Counted from the first letter of the whole stretch, positions 40,031 to 52,973 are shown. The stretch: DNA of 63,890 bases, filler included, from Neolecta irregularis DAH-3 (GCA_001929475.1; 12 parts of 12 records of this genome joined end to end with filler, not necessarily neighbours in it); one strand, 5' to 3'. Numbers and translations are program-made. Notes: a model not told the origin generated them from the sequence alone.

Positions 40031-40635
40031 CTTTTTCATGAAAACTGGAGTTTCAAGTCTACTTCGTATCTCCGCAGATTTTTATGAAATCTTGTAATAG
40101 AATGGGAATTGTAAATTCATCTTTCGTCTTGTATTTGGTCGAAGGAACCAAGCAGGGAATAGACTATCCATGGTGAAGATTGGACCACAGCGGCGTAGGC
40201 ATTTCAAATTAGAGTACTACGCATGACGAATATCAAGTTAAAGTGTAGTCTGCTAACCAGGTTAGACACTACTTATATACAGAATCAGCCATGTGCTCGC
40301 TACCGTCATCTGCCTGTCCGCCTCACAAATATGCAAAGAATATTGAGTTGCATTGTAAGATGAAGGCCTCGAGTACGGATAAAACCAGGGAATATTTCCT
40401 AGCTTTAGGACGTGATATACAAACCGTCTAAGACACTTCCGAGATGAGGCGTGCCACGACAAAAATAGGAAATCTAAGGGGTTGAAAGTGAGACATGGAA
40501 TGGGAAAGTGCTCAGAACAAATGGAAGTTTCACTGGCTACGCAACAGGCTATAAGTTTCCACGATCGCAAAATTTTATTCTTGAACTGTTCCTAAACAAT
40601 TCCTTACATTTTTCTACACCATATTGAATATTCTC

Positions 40636-42131
40636 ATGCAACTTGATATTCTTTGCATATTTATCAGTTTACTCTTCCAACTGGTAGACTGTTCCAACTA
40701 CGATCCTGCCAAGCATGCAACATGGCTGATTTATGATGTTGAGTCTGATATCATACATCATCCCAGTCGAGGGTTTGATGATGAAGATAAAAAGAAGTTA
40801 CTAAAGGTTACCGAATGGAAACCAAATGATCCCTTTGGCGACTTTATGCCAAGCACTGGGAAGATTATTTGTGAATTACATCCTCGTCACAATCTTGAAG
40901 ACAATACCCACTTCTTGAAAATATGTCACGAGGCTGGAAGGCGAATAGCAGAAGTCGTCTCCATTCGTGAAAATATCAAATTGCTTTTCAATTTTCGTGA
41001 AGATTTTCCAATAAAAGGAGGTGCTCTTTCATAATCGATCCTGCCTTATATTTCAGCATTCGGATGCGCTAAGGTTGGTACATACATTCCTGTTTTGGAT
41101 CTAGGCAACGAAATAAGGTTAGAATGCATTGCAAAGTCCCAAATTTCTTACGATCCAGGTACTATCCTCAGCCGCTTGTAAAGAATATGTTTTTCCCATG
41201 GGAATATGAATCATTGCAAGCACCGTTTATGGAATATGATAATTTGATAACCCTTAATGCTTTTCTTAATTGGAACAGTGTATGTTCAACTGTTCAAAGT
41301 ACGCTAAGATTAACGCAGCCCGGTTATTGCCTTTCTGAAAAACATATTGCAATCCTAATGCATGAAATGATACACACACTTGGCTTCTTCAATTTATGGG
41401 AACTTAGAGGAATTCATAAATCTTTCTTATGCCCTCTCATTTCCCACTATGAGAAAGACATGAAAAGTAAGAAAACAATAAGCAGTCAACATTATGGAAG
41501 TGCGTACTGCAAATTCCTCAAGTTCAAGTTCGAAGATAATTGGATCACAACAAATGAAGTAAGGAGGATTCTAAGCAATCGTTGGGGAAATGAAGCTAGA
41601 CATTGGGTCGGGCTTGAAACCTCTTTTCCAAAGCAGATAGCAACTGCTTTCGCCTCTGCAGCGAAGGAAGGAAACGTGGTTTTCAGTTCAAATTTAAGTA
41701 ATGGCCGAGAGATCGTCCTGCATCGGGATATTTCACACGTCGTTGACAGGGAGGCTGACCATTTGATGAATCCTACCCTTAATCTAAATGAATTAATCAA
41801 GCTACGAGAAAGACATCCAACTGGCTTGGTAGGGCCAAAGATCAGAGCGATTCTAGGTGCCATGGGATACGGAATCGCGGGGCTAAAAGGCGTTGGCGCA
41901 GTTGCAGTTGAAGATGACATACAAATCAACCTGCCTCGACCTATTACTACGACAGAAGAATTACAACATGATGACGACGAAGAAGCATCCGTTCGCCTGT
42001 ATCCAGGGTGCAAAATTGAATTAGTTGAAGATCACTTCACTCGGTTTACTCGCTATCAGCGAGATCATCTCTTGTTCAAGACCATTGAGCATGGCATTCG
42101 GAAAACAGAGCTAAATGAAAAAACACAATAG
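40636..42131 (+). CDS. Secreted zincin-like metalloprotease, copy A
   Basis: Signal peptide MQLDILCIFISLLFQLVDC; YYPQPLVK; HEMIHTLGF (HExxH); downstream ISHV...HLM; three short introns. Confidence 0.8.
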
Positions 42132-42647
42132 TAAAGGGTAGACTCTATATAAAGAGTCTTGATTTCAACACCATGACTTCAGTATTTGGAATAGAGGTTA
42201 TAGTTAAATTTGTATTGATATAGGTTGTTTTTGAAAATTTGTACTGAAATGATAGAACTTAGGCCAGGAATAGTGGGCTTAAACCTATGTTGATGATCGT
42301 GAACGCAATCGATCAGTGGACCTTGCCTTGGATTGAGACAGAGACTTGCTCTGACAGCTACCCAAAAATGATTTATGAAACGAAAGAGCTTGCTCAATTT
42401 GAACCATTTCTCTACATTCGGAAGTATGCCTGTACAAACGAGAAAAAGGAGAGGATGATTAAAATGGGGTTTAGGCCGAGAAAAGAGGAAGTGGATGACT
42501 GGTGACTTCCAGAGCCGCCTGCTTTTGGGGGGAGGAAAAGGAGTGACGTTGTAGGAGAAGTGAGGTTGTGTGATAAAGATAATTTCTTGGAAAAGGTCAT
42601 TAAAAATGTATCTCGTTCAACAAGCTATTCAAAAATTATGGCTCCAT

Positions 42648-42710
42648 AACAGGCTATAAATTTCCATGATCGCGACATTTTCTCTTTGAAGTGTTCCAAA
42701 ACAATTCCTT
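42648..42710 (+). promoter_or_regulatory. Orphan copy of the metalloprotease-A upstream (TATA-containing) sequence
   Basis: AACAGGCTATAAATTTCCATGATCGC...TTGAAGTGTTCCAAAACAATTCCTT closely matches 40543-40605 (AACAGGCTATAAGTTTCCACGATCGC...TTGAACTGTTCCTAAACAATTCCTT). Confidence 0.65.
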
Positions 42711-42791
42711 CACAATTTAACTGCAACCTCTATTCAAACACTGCTGTCATGGTACTGAAGTCAAGATTCTTTATATAGAGTCTCCCGTTTA

Positions 42792-44123
42792 CTATTGTGT
42801 TTTTTCATTTAGCTCGGTTTTCCGAATGCCATGCTCAATCGACTTGAACAAGAAATGATCTCGATGATAGCGATTAAAAGGAGGGAAGTGATTTTCAACC
42901 ACTTCGAGTTTGGACCCCGGATACAGGCGAATGGATACTTCTTCGTCATCATCATCTTGTGATTCTTTTGTTGAAGTAATAGGTCGAGGCGGGATGATTT
43001 TCATGTCATCTTCAACTGCAACTGCGCCAACGCCTTTCAGCCCCGCGATTCCGTATCCCATGGCACCTAGTATCGCTCTGACCTTTGGCCCTATCAAGCC
43101 GGTAGGGTATCTCTCTGATAGCTCGGTTATTTCATCTGGATCAATAATAGAATTCATCAAATAGTCAGCATTCAAGTCTTCGACGTGTGAAATATCCGGG
43201 GGATGCATGGCGATCTCTCGGCCATTGTATAAATTTGAATTGAAAACCACATTTCCTTTCTTCGTCGTTGCAGAGTGGAAATCAATTGCTATCTGGAGGG
43301 GAAAAGATTTTTCACCCTTGCTAGTGTTGCGCCAATGTTTGGCTTCATTTCCCCAACGATTGTTTAGAATCCTTGTTACTTCAGTTGTTGTTATCCAATT
43401 ATCTCCCATCTTAAACTTGAGGAATTTGCCGTACGGACTGTCATAATGTTGAGAGCTTAATACTTTATTACTTTCCACCTCTACCGTAGTCCGGGAAAAA
43501 GGAGGCGCTAAGAAAGAATCTTCAGATATTTCTTTTTGGTCACCCGAGGGCCATAGACGGTGGAAGCCAAGAGTGTGTATCATTTCGTGCATCAGGAATA
43601 CAATGTGTTGTTGATAAAAATCGGGCTGCGTTAATCTTAGCGTACTTTGACAAGTCGAAAATACGTTGTTCCAATGATACTCAAGATTGAGAAATATCGA
43701 ACCATCATATTCCATATAAGGTGCTTGCAATGATTCGTGTTCCCATGGGAAAAACATATTCTTTACAAGCGGCTGAGGATAGTACCTGGATCGTAAGAAA
43801 TTTGGGACTTTGCAATGCTTCTAACCTTATTTCGTTGCCTAGATCCAAAACAGGAATGTATGTACCAACTTTAGTAGTTGCGATTGCTGAAATATAAGGC
43901 AGAGTAGATTATGAGAGAGTACTTTGTTTATGTCGTAAATGTTCTTTAAAAGTGAAAAGCAATTTGATATTTTCACGAATCGAGACGACTTCTGCTATTC
44001 GCCTTCCAGCATCATGGCATACTTTCAAGAAGTGGGTATTCTCTTCAAGATTATGACGAGGATGTACTTCACAAATAATCTTCCCAGTGCTTGGCACAAA
44101 GCCGCCGAGGGGATCATTTGGTT
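42792..44123 (-). CDS. Secreted zincin-like metalloprotease, copy B (5' end in gap)
   Basis: Paralogue of copy A: HEMIHTLGF, identical C-terminus IEHGIRKTELNEKTQ*, same intron positions. Confidence 0.8.
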
Positions 44124-45540
44124 NNNNNNNNNNNNNNNNNNNNNNNNNNNNNNNNNNNNNNNNNNNNTTAATTAATTAANNNNNNNNNNNNNNNNNNNNN
44201 NNNNNNNNNNNNNNNNNNNNNNNTTTTCGCGATACGGCAGGCGGCTCTCAAACTTCTGTCCACTAACTGGTCAACTAACTCTTCAAGGGACGTGTTACAA
44301 GAAGCAGAAACCAATCAGACAAAGCAAGAATGCCATAACCAGTTTTGTGCGCATATTAGCACGGAAGAAATTATTAAACAGAAAAGAAATGTAGAATCTT
44401 CCATGAGCCATTGTTATGAAGGTAGAAACAATCTTCCAGGGAGCATGTGGTGCGAAAATTATATAGTTATCCTTTGGAGGATAGTTTAAAGGGGTCTCTT
44501 GTTTGGCTTTTCATTTGGTCAGAGTCTAGGTTTCTATAACCAACACGGCTATTTCTGTTTCCTATCAGTAGACCTGTAGGTACTTGCTTGTGGGACAGGT
44601 GAATAATGCTCTATTCATCCAGCAAAGGAATCTAACAATCTGTTTCCTCATTTTTATTCAAGTCATCCAAGTCTGCTAAGCTCTACAACCGCAGCCTGCA
44701 TGTTGCAGGTAGAGTTATTTATTCGTTGTTGTCCCACTATTTATCGCGAGTTTAGGGGGCATGGTTGACAATGCAAGCAGCAAAATTGGTTGCGCTATCA
44801 GATGTAAAATCTGTACCGCCCCGGAATGGGTTTGGCTTTGATTTCTTGAGGAATAATACTATCGTTGAAACAAGAATGGACGTCCCATTTGCTCTTTGTG
44901 GGTGTCCTAAGAATAGTAGAAGAAGTTTTCTTGATAGATCAGTCATTTTTCCTCTTTGAACTAGCAATAGCCGATAAATTGTCTCATAAGGAAAAAGGGG
45001 GATTTCTTGAAATGTTTGGTCTTTAGTAACTTTATACTAATAAAATGCATCTGATGATCTTGTATGTTCAAAGCAGCTCTATTGCTTTATCTAGGAAAGC
45101 AGAATTGACCAAAACTCTTGCGTTCGGTTCTCAAATGTATTAGATTTATTGTTTCGGAGAAGCTAGTTGTGGCGAGTTGAGTTGGTCAAATATCGATAAT
45201 GATCGTGCTCTATTAAGAGCGAGGTCGGAGTTCATGAGATACATTACAGATAAGTGCAACAAATGTTAACGATCTAGAGAATGTTTTTCCTTAATATTAC
45301 GATTTGGGATTTTAGTTTCCATATCCTCAGTTGCTTCTACATCCGTTGTTTCACACATCCCGACTATATCCCGCTTTTACATTTTTCGCATAAATGGCTG
45401 GACGTCCTTTGCTTGTACCTTATTTGAGGCAAACGTGCTATAACGATAAGTCATAAGCGAACGCATCAAAAGCTTGCGTTCAAGGTCGTGGGGCTATATT
45501 ATACTGTAATGCAAGTCCTTACACTTTGTGTAAGCAAAGT

Positions 45541-45720
45541 TGATCCGTCCATACACCTCCCAACATCTCACATGATCCGTTCATACATCTCCCAACATCT
45601 CACATGATCCGTTCATACATCTCCCAACATCTCACATGATCCGTCCATACACCTCCCAACATCTCACATGGTCCGTTCGTACACCTCCCAACATCTCACA
45701 TGATCCGTTCATACATTTCC
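45541..45720. repeat. 32-bp minisatellite, 5 copies plus a partial copy overlapping the ORC3 stop
   Basis: TGATCCGT(C/T)CATACA(C/T)CTCCCAACATCTCACA at 45541, 45573, 45605, 45637, 45669 and 45701. Confidence 0.95.
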
Positions 45721-48044
45721 CCAAACCATTCGACAAACGTGATCCGTTTTCCGTTTTGTACTCTTTATAAACCCGAGATACCGTAATTCCTCCATCGAAT
45801 TCATGAACTTGGCCTGTATCAATTCCTGTTCCTCGCCAACTTGACCCTCTTCGTCTTTAAAAACAGTTTGAAATGAAGTCCACCAATCAAAGATATTAAT
45901 CAAAGCACCGGTTTCAAGGTACCGCTGAAATAAAACGGCAGAAGAAGGTTGTTTTTTCAAGTCCAATTCACCTAAATAAAACTCTGGATGAACAAGTGCA
46001 TTTTGAATGTTTTGTCTGTATTTAGGCTGAAAGACCTATTAAATTGAGTTTTTAACGGGGGTTGTGGGACAAACGGCTTGAAGCGGTTTAAGATTGTTGT
46101 AATAGAATGCTTCGTAAAGTGGTAAATCGAATGGTGCGTGGAGATGCACGAAAATGAATTCTTTTAAATATGCGTGAACTGAATTTACGAGTTTTGTATA
46201 TGTGATATCGTGTTTCGACATTGTGTCCTTGTTTGTTGAAAAGGATGCTTTTTGACTATTGTTGGTTGCGCGAGTAGTTTCGGATTTACTTTCTTGGCGA
46301 ATTTGGTGTTCTGAGAGTACCTTTTCCGATGGCAAGGAGTCTAAAAGTTCTTCTAGGTGCGTGGACCAATGATGTTGTTTGGGGAGCAGATTAATTGCTT
46401 GTTCTAGGAAATTTTGGAGATTAGATGAAGAGATTTTTCTACTTGTTAGTATAATCATTTTAATTTCATGCTTGAGCGATAGAAGAATTGAATTGATATG
46501 TTTCTCTGCATTTTCAGTTAATATATTTTCATAGATTTTCAAGATGTTTATCTGTTTTACTGAAACTAAACAAGATTGAAGGACGAGGAGGATTTCCAGG
46601 GCAAATTTGAGATGTTGATGATATTGTTTCAGCATATCCGCGAATTGAACGACGAGTTCACGAAGATAATCGTCATCATTTAAAAGAGCCTTGGCCTCTC
46701 CGATATCAGTTTCGGCAAGCTTTCTTTCAACAAACCTGGACAAATTAATAAAAATAAACGGGGTCAACTTTTACTCTTTGAAGGAAACGAGATTTCGGAT
46801 AGCTTGGCAGTGATCAGGGGTGATTATAGAGGTATCGATGGGCGAGGACAACAAGATACAGAGTGGATTTCCCCAAAAATGAGACATGGCCGCAAACTGA
46901 AAGTCAGAAACACTTTTGATATCAAATTTCCCTGTAATTCCGATATCAAATTTTCCACGCTGCCATTCCATAGTTCGTATCTCTTCCTCATAAAGGCAAA
47001 TACATCTGGTCCCAGACGAAAAAGATTCTCGGGATCTAAAACAACCTCCTAATCAGAAAATCCAAAGAGATGTTTTACATTCAAGATAATTGATGTCATG
47101 ATCTTGTTTGTGTGTTCGAGATCAAAAAGACGGGTAGATATCAAGGAATGTAATATTCCTGGAAATCCCGAATCGAAAAGCGATAAAGGAGTAGAAATCC
47201 CCAAAAGAAGAGTAAGAGGTAATCTATCACGGAATATATAAAGATGTCGGATCAACTGTTCCAAGAGAGATGGATCAAATGCCTCCGCATCTTGAATCGC
47301 AATTGTAAATCTCGAGTCTAGATGTCAGTGCGATAGATTTAGAAATTACAAGAGTTTTGAAATAGAGGTATGAGCGTTGATAAGGAATATCCCGGTCCAG
47401 ATGCCTTCTTTGTCGATAATTCCTAATAGTCAAGCATGTCTATAAATCGGATACATCATCGGAATCATCAAAGTCTGTCGTTCCAAGGACGCTCTTTATA
47501 ATATATTTCAAACCAGCTTTTAAATTTGGGAAATTCCTAAAAGATACAGATACGCATAAAGTACTTTTTGTAGCCGAGAGTAAGTCTGAAAGCCGATCGA
47601 ATAATTTCGCGTGGCCAGCGATATTCGGGCCTAAAAGCAGGATACCGCATTCGAGTTTTTCAGTTACATGTTCTTTGGAATTAACGTAGAAAAAAGTGAT
47701 TATACCCCCAGAGATATAATTCACAACTTGTTCGGTGCCCTCTGAATGAATTGATTCAAAGATGTTCTAGGATCAACAATTGCTGAATCCAGATATACTT
47801 CAATTTTCCGTTTCTGAGACGACCAGAGATCATTGTACAGCTTGTTACGGAGGAGTGTCGTTTCTGTGTCTTCTCGTCCGGCAAGACCCGTTGGGAATAT
47901 ACTCGGGACAATATCAGCGAATGTGCGTTTTTTCAAGGAACGAGGCGGTCGAATGATAAAACATGACTGGAAATATCAAGATTATTTTCAACAAAAAGGA
48001 AATACTTGAGTAAGAGAACTAGTCGAGTCTGTGGTGATTGGCAT
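45709..48044 (-). CDS. ORC3: Origin recognition complex subunit 3
   Basis: LLLGPNIAGH, IQDAEAFD, LLLGIST, AAMSHFWGNPL, IRNLVSF, YLETGALINIFDWW, ELRYLGFIKSTKRKTDHV. Confidence 0.93.
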
Positions 48045-48237
48045 ATTGGCAGGGTTTAGCAACCCACACAAAAACTTTGTCCATACATGAACTTGCAGAT
48101 TAATATGAATAATAATGGTTTACATCCAACGTTCTAATTCATCCGACTTGTAATTACATATGTTAAATAGCGATCAATTGTATACTCTTACCAACCACCC
48201 ACCCAGGTCACATTTGGACTACTCTAGAATCTCTTGC

Positions 48238-48895
48238 ATGAATGATTCCTCGCGGTCTATAATCCATTCATTTTCAGGTAAATCGAGAATCGATACGAAT
48301 ATTTCATTTTTGAAAGCGTTGAATACACTGATATTTGCGAATCTGGTCTATACTTATTACATAGAGTATGTATCTTTTAGCGGTAAGCTAATATTTTCTA
48401 GTCCGAGTGTATTCCGGCTTCTGATTAAATGTTATTCCCAAATGGTTTTATGTGGGTAGACGATGGTTGATGGAGTAGAATTTTCTGATTCCTGTTGCGT
48501 ACCGGTTTCCGGGGAGAGTGGCGCGGACTATTGGGTTGCATGTGGTTGGAACATCGGGGCTAGTTGCGATTGTGCATTGTGTGTGGGGCGGGGCTGATGT
48601 TGGAGAGGGAGGATATATTCTGGATTTAATTGGGTCTGGTGGGTCTTTGCAATATCGGGACTGATGTGTAGAGCAACCGGGGTTTCTAGTATTGTTGGTC
48701 ATGGATATTTATATCTTGGGGTTGCAGATGCTTATGTTATGTCTGTGCGGGCCCAATTTCGAAAGGGAGAGGGAGCAGAGTGTGGAGGATGAAGAGAGGG
48801 GGGAGAGTGTGGATGAAGAGGATATGGGAGAAAGGGCAGTGGAGGTTCATGTTTTTCAGGCATTGGCGAGAATATTCAAGGAGCCCAGGGAATAG
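48238..48895 (+). CDS. DUF1746 membrane protein (Vld1/Dsc4-like)
   Basis: FLKALNTLIFANLVYTYYI/D.SVFRLLIK, GGYILDLIG, LLVMDIYILGLQMLM. Confidence 0.72.
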
Positions 48896-48904
48896 ATGAT
48901 AATA

Positions 48905-49090
48905 TTTCAGGACATGACAATCAGGACAGATGAAATGAGTCAGGAATGACATCAGGACAGATGGCAATATTGAGATGACAATATACGAGTCACAATCAGG
49001 ACAGAGACAATATACGAGTCACAATCAGGACAGAGACAATATTTGAGATGACAATATTTGAGAGGACAATATTTGAGCCAGGGACAATGG
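48905..49090. repeat. Degenerate tandem repeats (CAGGACA / GACAATAT units)
   Basis: GACAATATACGAGTCACAATCAGGACAGA x2 plus GACAATATTTGAG x3. Confidence 0.8.
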
Positions 49091-50289
49091 AGTGGTTGTG
49101 GGACGTGGCAGGTATATGGAGCGGTCTAGGTGTTTGACACAAGGCAACACGCATATAATCTAGAAGAGTGATGGTGCAATAAATAGTGTGGGTGCTCCTC
49201 GTCCCCTGCCGTTTTGGTTCGATGCTTGCTGCCTGGCTATCTGGAAGGCATTCTCCGCCGGAAGCCGCGCCGCCTGTGCCTGAAAAACAGCCATGTCCTG
49301 AAAAAGGGCACCGAATGGAATGGTGGCGTAGCGAGAAGGGGAGGCGGGGAAAGGAGCAGCAGGGAACGGAGCAGCAACGGCCCCTTGTCGAGGAAGACGA
49401 GCCGGTGAAGGGCAAGAACGGCTGGGTCTTCCGGGAGACGAAGCGCGGGGGGCTCGGGNNNNNNNNNNNNNNNNNNNNNNNNNNNNNNNNNNNNNNNNNN
49501 NNTTAATTAATTAANNNNNNNNNNNNNNNNNNNNNNNNNNNNNNNNNNNNNNNNNNNNATCTACAAGCTATCCAACATTCAGTCGACATAATCAACAATC
49601 ATCAACATTCAGTCAATACTCGCTGGCAGCACCATGTGGGCGATAGCTGGTGTGTGCACTCATCTGCAGGCTTGCTGCACTGCAGCTATAGTTGTAGTGC
49701 CTGCGGTCGTCGTCGGGGAGCAGGCGCACGATGTTTATGGTGCATTCGTCCAATACGCCCCAGAAGAAGCGATTTCATCTCTTTTTCAAAATAATGAACA
49801 TACAACGATGGACCGGACTACATACACCCATGGAAGCATTTGCATATACAGCTTGGGTAGGAGAGAGTGGTAATTCAGCTGACTAGGGATACAAGTAGCA
49901 GAGTAGAACGGTCAAGAAGACTTTGTCATTCAATCAAATATGGATGTGGGTATGAATATGTATATGGATGCAGATACTCCATTTAATTCACTCAATACTT
50001 TCCTGGTCAATCCTTGCACTTCGCCTTCAATCACTCTCCCTTCACTTCCGCTATATGCATTTCTATCATGATAACAACCTAGCATTCAATCCCTTGTAAG
50101 TACTCCCCGATCATTGGTTGCCATGGATTGATTGGTCCTTTAGGACTGGCTGCTGGAGGTGCTTGTGCAGAGGATACAAAGAGAATGTGTGGTGAGGACA
50201 GCAGGCAAGGGCGATGTGGTGTTGAAGAGCAGAGTGCAGTGGAAGGTAGTAGATGTGGTATAATCTAGGCTCAGACTCGTCCTCCACCT

Positions 50290-50705
50290 CCACCCATTTC
50301 ACTCATCTCCCTCTACCTGTCCCTGCTCGATGCCCCGCCCCAGCAGCAGTACTTTTTCCTGGTCACAAAGTCCTCATTCTTGACAGCCCTGCCTCTGACA
50401 CCAGGCTATTTTGTCTGCGGCCAGCCCTATGTCACCTTCAGGCTCTAACTGGATCTCATCCGCCGCTTACGTGCTTTGTCCCGCTCACAGACTCCTCGTC
50501 CTTGGCAGCCCTGCCCCTGACACTCCACCAATGCCATCCTTCCCTCGTTCTCCCTGACACTCCACCCAGGCTCTCGCTCATCTGCTGCCTGCCCGATGTT
50601 GCCTTCAGGCTACATGTTCCCGCACCTAGATCTCACCCGCAGCCACCTGCAACATCCTCATTATCCCAGCACTCCCTTGCCTATTCCACCGCCGCCCAGA
50701 GTTGA
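50290..50705 (+). pseudogene. Possible second, more decayed arrestin-like fragment
   Basis: LDSPASDTRLFCLRPALCHLQALT...FVPL...SLVLPDTPPRLSLICC...FRLHV parallels the 23969-24397 fragment; C-rich, no ATG. Confidence 0.3.
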
Positions 50706-50959
50706 GCGCTCCCAGATCCCCCGACCTGTGCTCCCTTCTTCGACCTCATCGCACCTACCTTTCCTGGTGACTTAGGGTTATGCGCGTGGCAGCCAGCAGT
50801 ACCCGCGGTCAGTCAGCTATTGCCCTCCGTCACTCAACGATCGGCAGCAGTCAGTCAACCACCATACTCCAGTTCCGGCTGTCCTACCGCTGCTCCCCTC
50901 CTGTTCCGCCTGCCACGCCCTTCCTGTTCCGCCCGCCCCTCTGCCGCACCTATTCCACA

Positions 50960-51156
50960 CATCGCTCCCGCTGCTCCGTTCTGCCTGCCACTCCGTTCCG
51001 CCTCTCCGTTCCGCCTGCCACTCCGTTCCGCCCGCTGCTCCGTCCCGCCTGCCACTTCGTACCGCCTCTCCGTTCCGCCCGCTCCTCCGTTCCGCCTCTC
51101 CGTTCCGCCCGCTGCTCCGTTCCGCCACTCCGTTCCGCCTACCACTCCGTTCCGCC
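50960..51156. repeat. GC-rich CTCCGTTCCGCC-type minisatellite at contig end
   Basis: More than 10 imperfect copies of CTCCGTTCCGCC(TGCCA/CGCTG/TCT). Confidence 0.9.
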
Positions 51157-51256
51157 NNNNNNNNNNNNNNNNNNNNNNNNNNNNNNNNNNNNNNNNNNNN
51201 TTAATTAATTAANNNNNNNNNNNNNNNNNNNNNNNNNNNNNNNNNNNNNNNNNNNN

Positions 51257-51405
51257 CAAAAGAGAACTTCTGGAGGTGTCGCAAGATATGGGTCGCGATA
51301 CCAGTCCAAGTTCTTCTCTTCAACTAGTTGGTAGTTTTCGATTGCGGAGACTGAAATCAATGGCAGAACGAACAAAATCGATCTCATTGCAGATAACGGG
51401 TACAT
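51257..51405 (-). CDS. Secreted protein of the PAN/apple-like family, copy 3 (3' part in gap)
   Basis: Signal peptide MRSILFVLPLISVSA, then ENYQLVEEKNLDWYRDPYLATPPEVLF, resembling DDYEKVYGLATTKWYTNRDVHGTLPESILW of the divergent neighbour; Cys motif not visible. Confidence 0.5.
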
Positions 51406-51745
51406 ATTATTTCGGTTGGATCTTGGGATGTTTTGATTGATCTGGATATGTATTTTGGTGAATATAGAAAGAGGTGGTCTTAACAAGCTGCTGAGAGGGA
51501 TATTGAAGAGCGAGCGATCATTTTTATCTTACAACTGAAACCCACTGAGACAGCAAGGTCAGTCATGCGCGTTGGCAACTCGGTTTTCTGTCTCACTTGC
51601 CGTCTCATGGTTTCCGGCTGTCTTAGATCTAGTTTACCCGCTTATAAAGTCGCCTGCTGCCATTCTTTTCAGCACTTTCCAAACCGCAAACGGATCGAAA
51701 AAAGTCAGTTTCAACAGTTACATACATCAACCCAGATTCAACATT

Positions 51746-52973
51746 ATGCAATACAAGTATGCAACGAGTTTATTACTTGTCTTTCTGCCCGTGACGCTTT
51801 CCGTGGCAGACGATTATGAAAAGGTTTATGGTCTTGCGACGACAAAGTGGTATACGAATCGGGATGTTCACGGGACGTTGCCGGAAAGTATCTTGTGGAA
51901 CGGATACGCTGTTGTCGGCACACCTAGCACTGTGACTGACGCCATACAACGCTGTTCTGAAGCTTGCAGCAAAGCAGTATTTCCTTGTGGAGCCTTTATT
52001 GTCGCTCAGTCGGGGGATGATAAGATATGTGGCCTGTTCACACATATGCCGGGACCTGTCGACCAGAGTAGAGAGCCGTTTCGTGATGTAATGCAATTGT
52101 CACATGATTTGTATACATCGGTCTACAGGTTTATGCAGTATAGTTCTGGGACTAATGGACAGACCCAAGTCTCCTAAAACTCCTCCCGAGAGACTATTGG
52201 CTGTTTGGGAATGTGCGAGTTATGCTGACTGGAGAAAACGAGTGGTTCAAAAATATGGACTTGATATTAAATCGATCTTGCCTTTGAGAGCGTTTTACGC
52301 TTTATTATGCGAATATCCGTTACCTCGATCGGAGGATGTTATAATGCAACCAGCCGAATTCGAACAGGTCCTGCAGAATCCGTTGATGCTGGTCGAGGGC
52401 TCGTCTTTGGATTCCGTGGATGATATCCGGCGGCAGTTTTCAATAGGATCTCATCTGCCTGCTGTTCGCACTCACCAGCAATATTTCAACGCGATTTTCC
52501 AGACTTTAGGACATGGGATAGTAGAAAACGCGCGGCTTCAAGAATGCCGATTTAACAAAAACCTTAATGTAGAGGGTGTTATTGTTCGCCCGGGTCCTCC
52601 CGAACAGCTCCACTTTGAGATACGCGAGAAGGGCAAAGCATCAGTCTTTGTATCTATTGGATTCGAATTCAGCGGCGAACAGATAGCTCAGCTAAATACA
52701 CAAGTCAAGAGTGTGTTTGCTGAAACCTACCAATTTGGAGGAACCTATAGTGAATTTGCAGTGCAAGCGTATACCAACGCGTTGCTATACGGCGGTGAGT
52801 TGAACAAGTGGAAGTTTAGCGACAATGAGTTTTTCACGGATGCGTATCAAGCGATGATTTGGAATGTGGTTGGCGGGACTGGGTGGATCGAACTTGGAGA
52901 GCAGCAGGATTTCTTGCGACCGAAGCCTCGCGCTAGTTTTATTGATACTGATTTTATATTTACCGAGATGTAG
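51746..52973 (+). CDS. Secreted protein: PAN/apple-like domain plus unknown ~270-aa C-terminal domain (copy 4)
   Basis: Signal peptide MQYKYATSLLLVFLPVTLSVA; RCSEACSKAVFPCGAFIV...ICGLF; a 34-nt intron at 52129-52162 (GTTTAT...CTAAT..CAG) joins ORFs 51572 and 52104 in frame (VYR/PKSPK). Confidence 0.72.

Noticed and set aside
45541-45720. 32-bp repeats as a CRISPR array
   Set aside because: Head-to-tail with no spacers, eukaryotic context, no cas genes.
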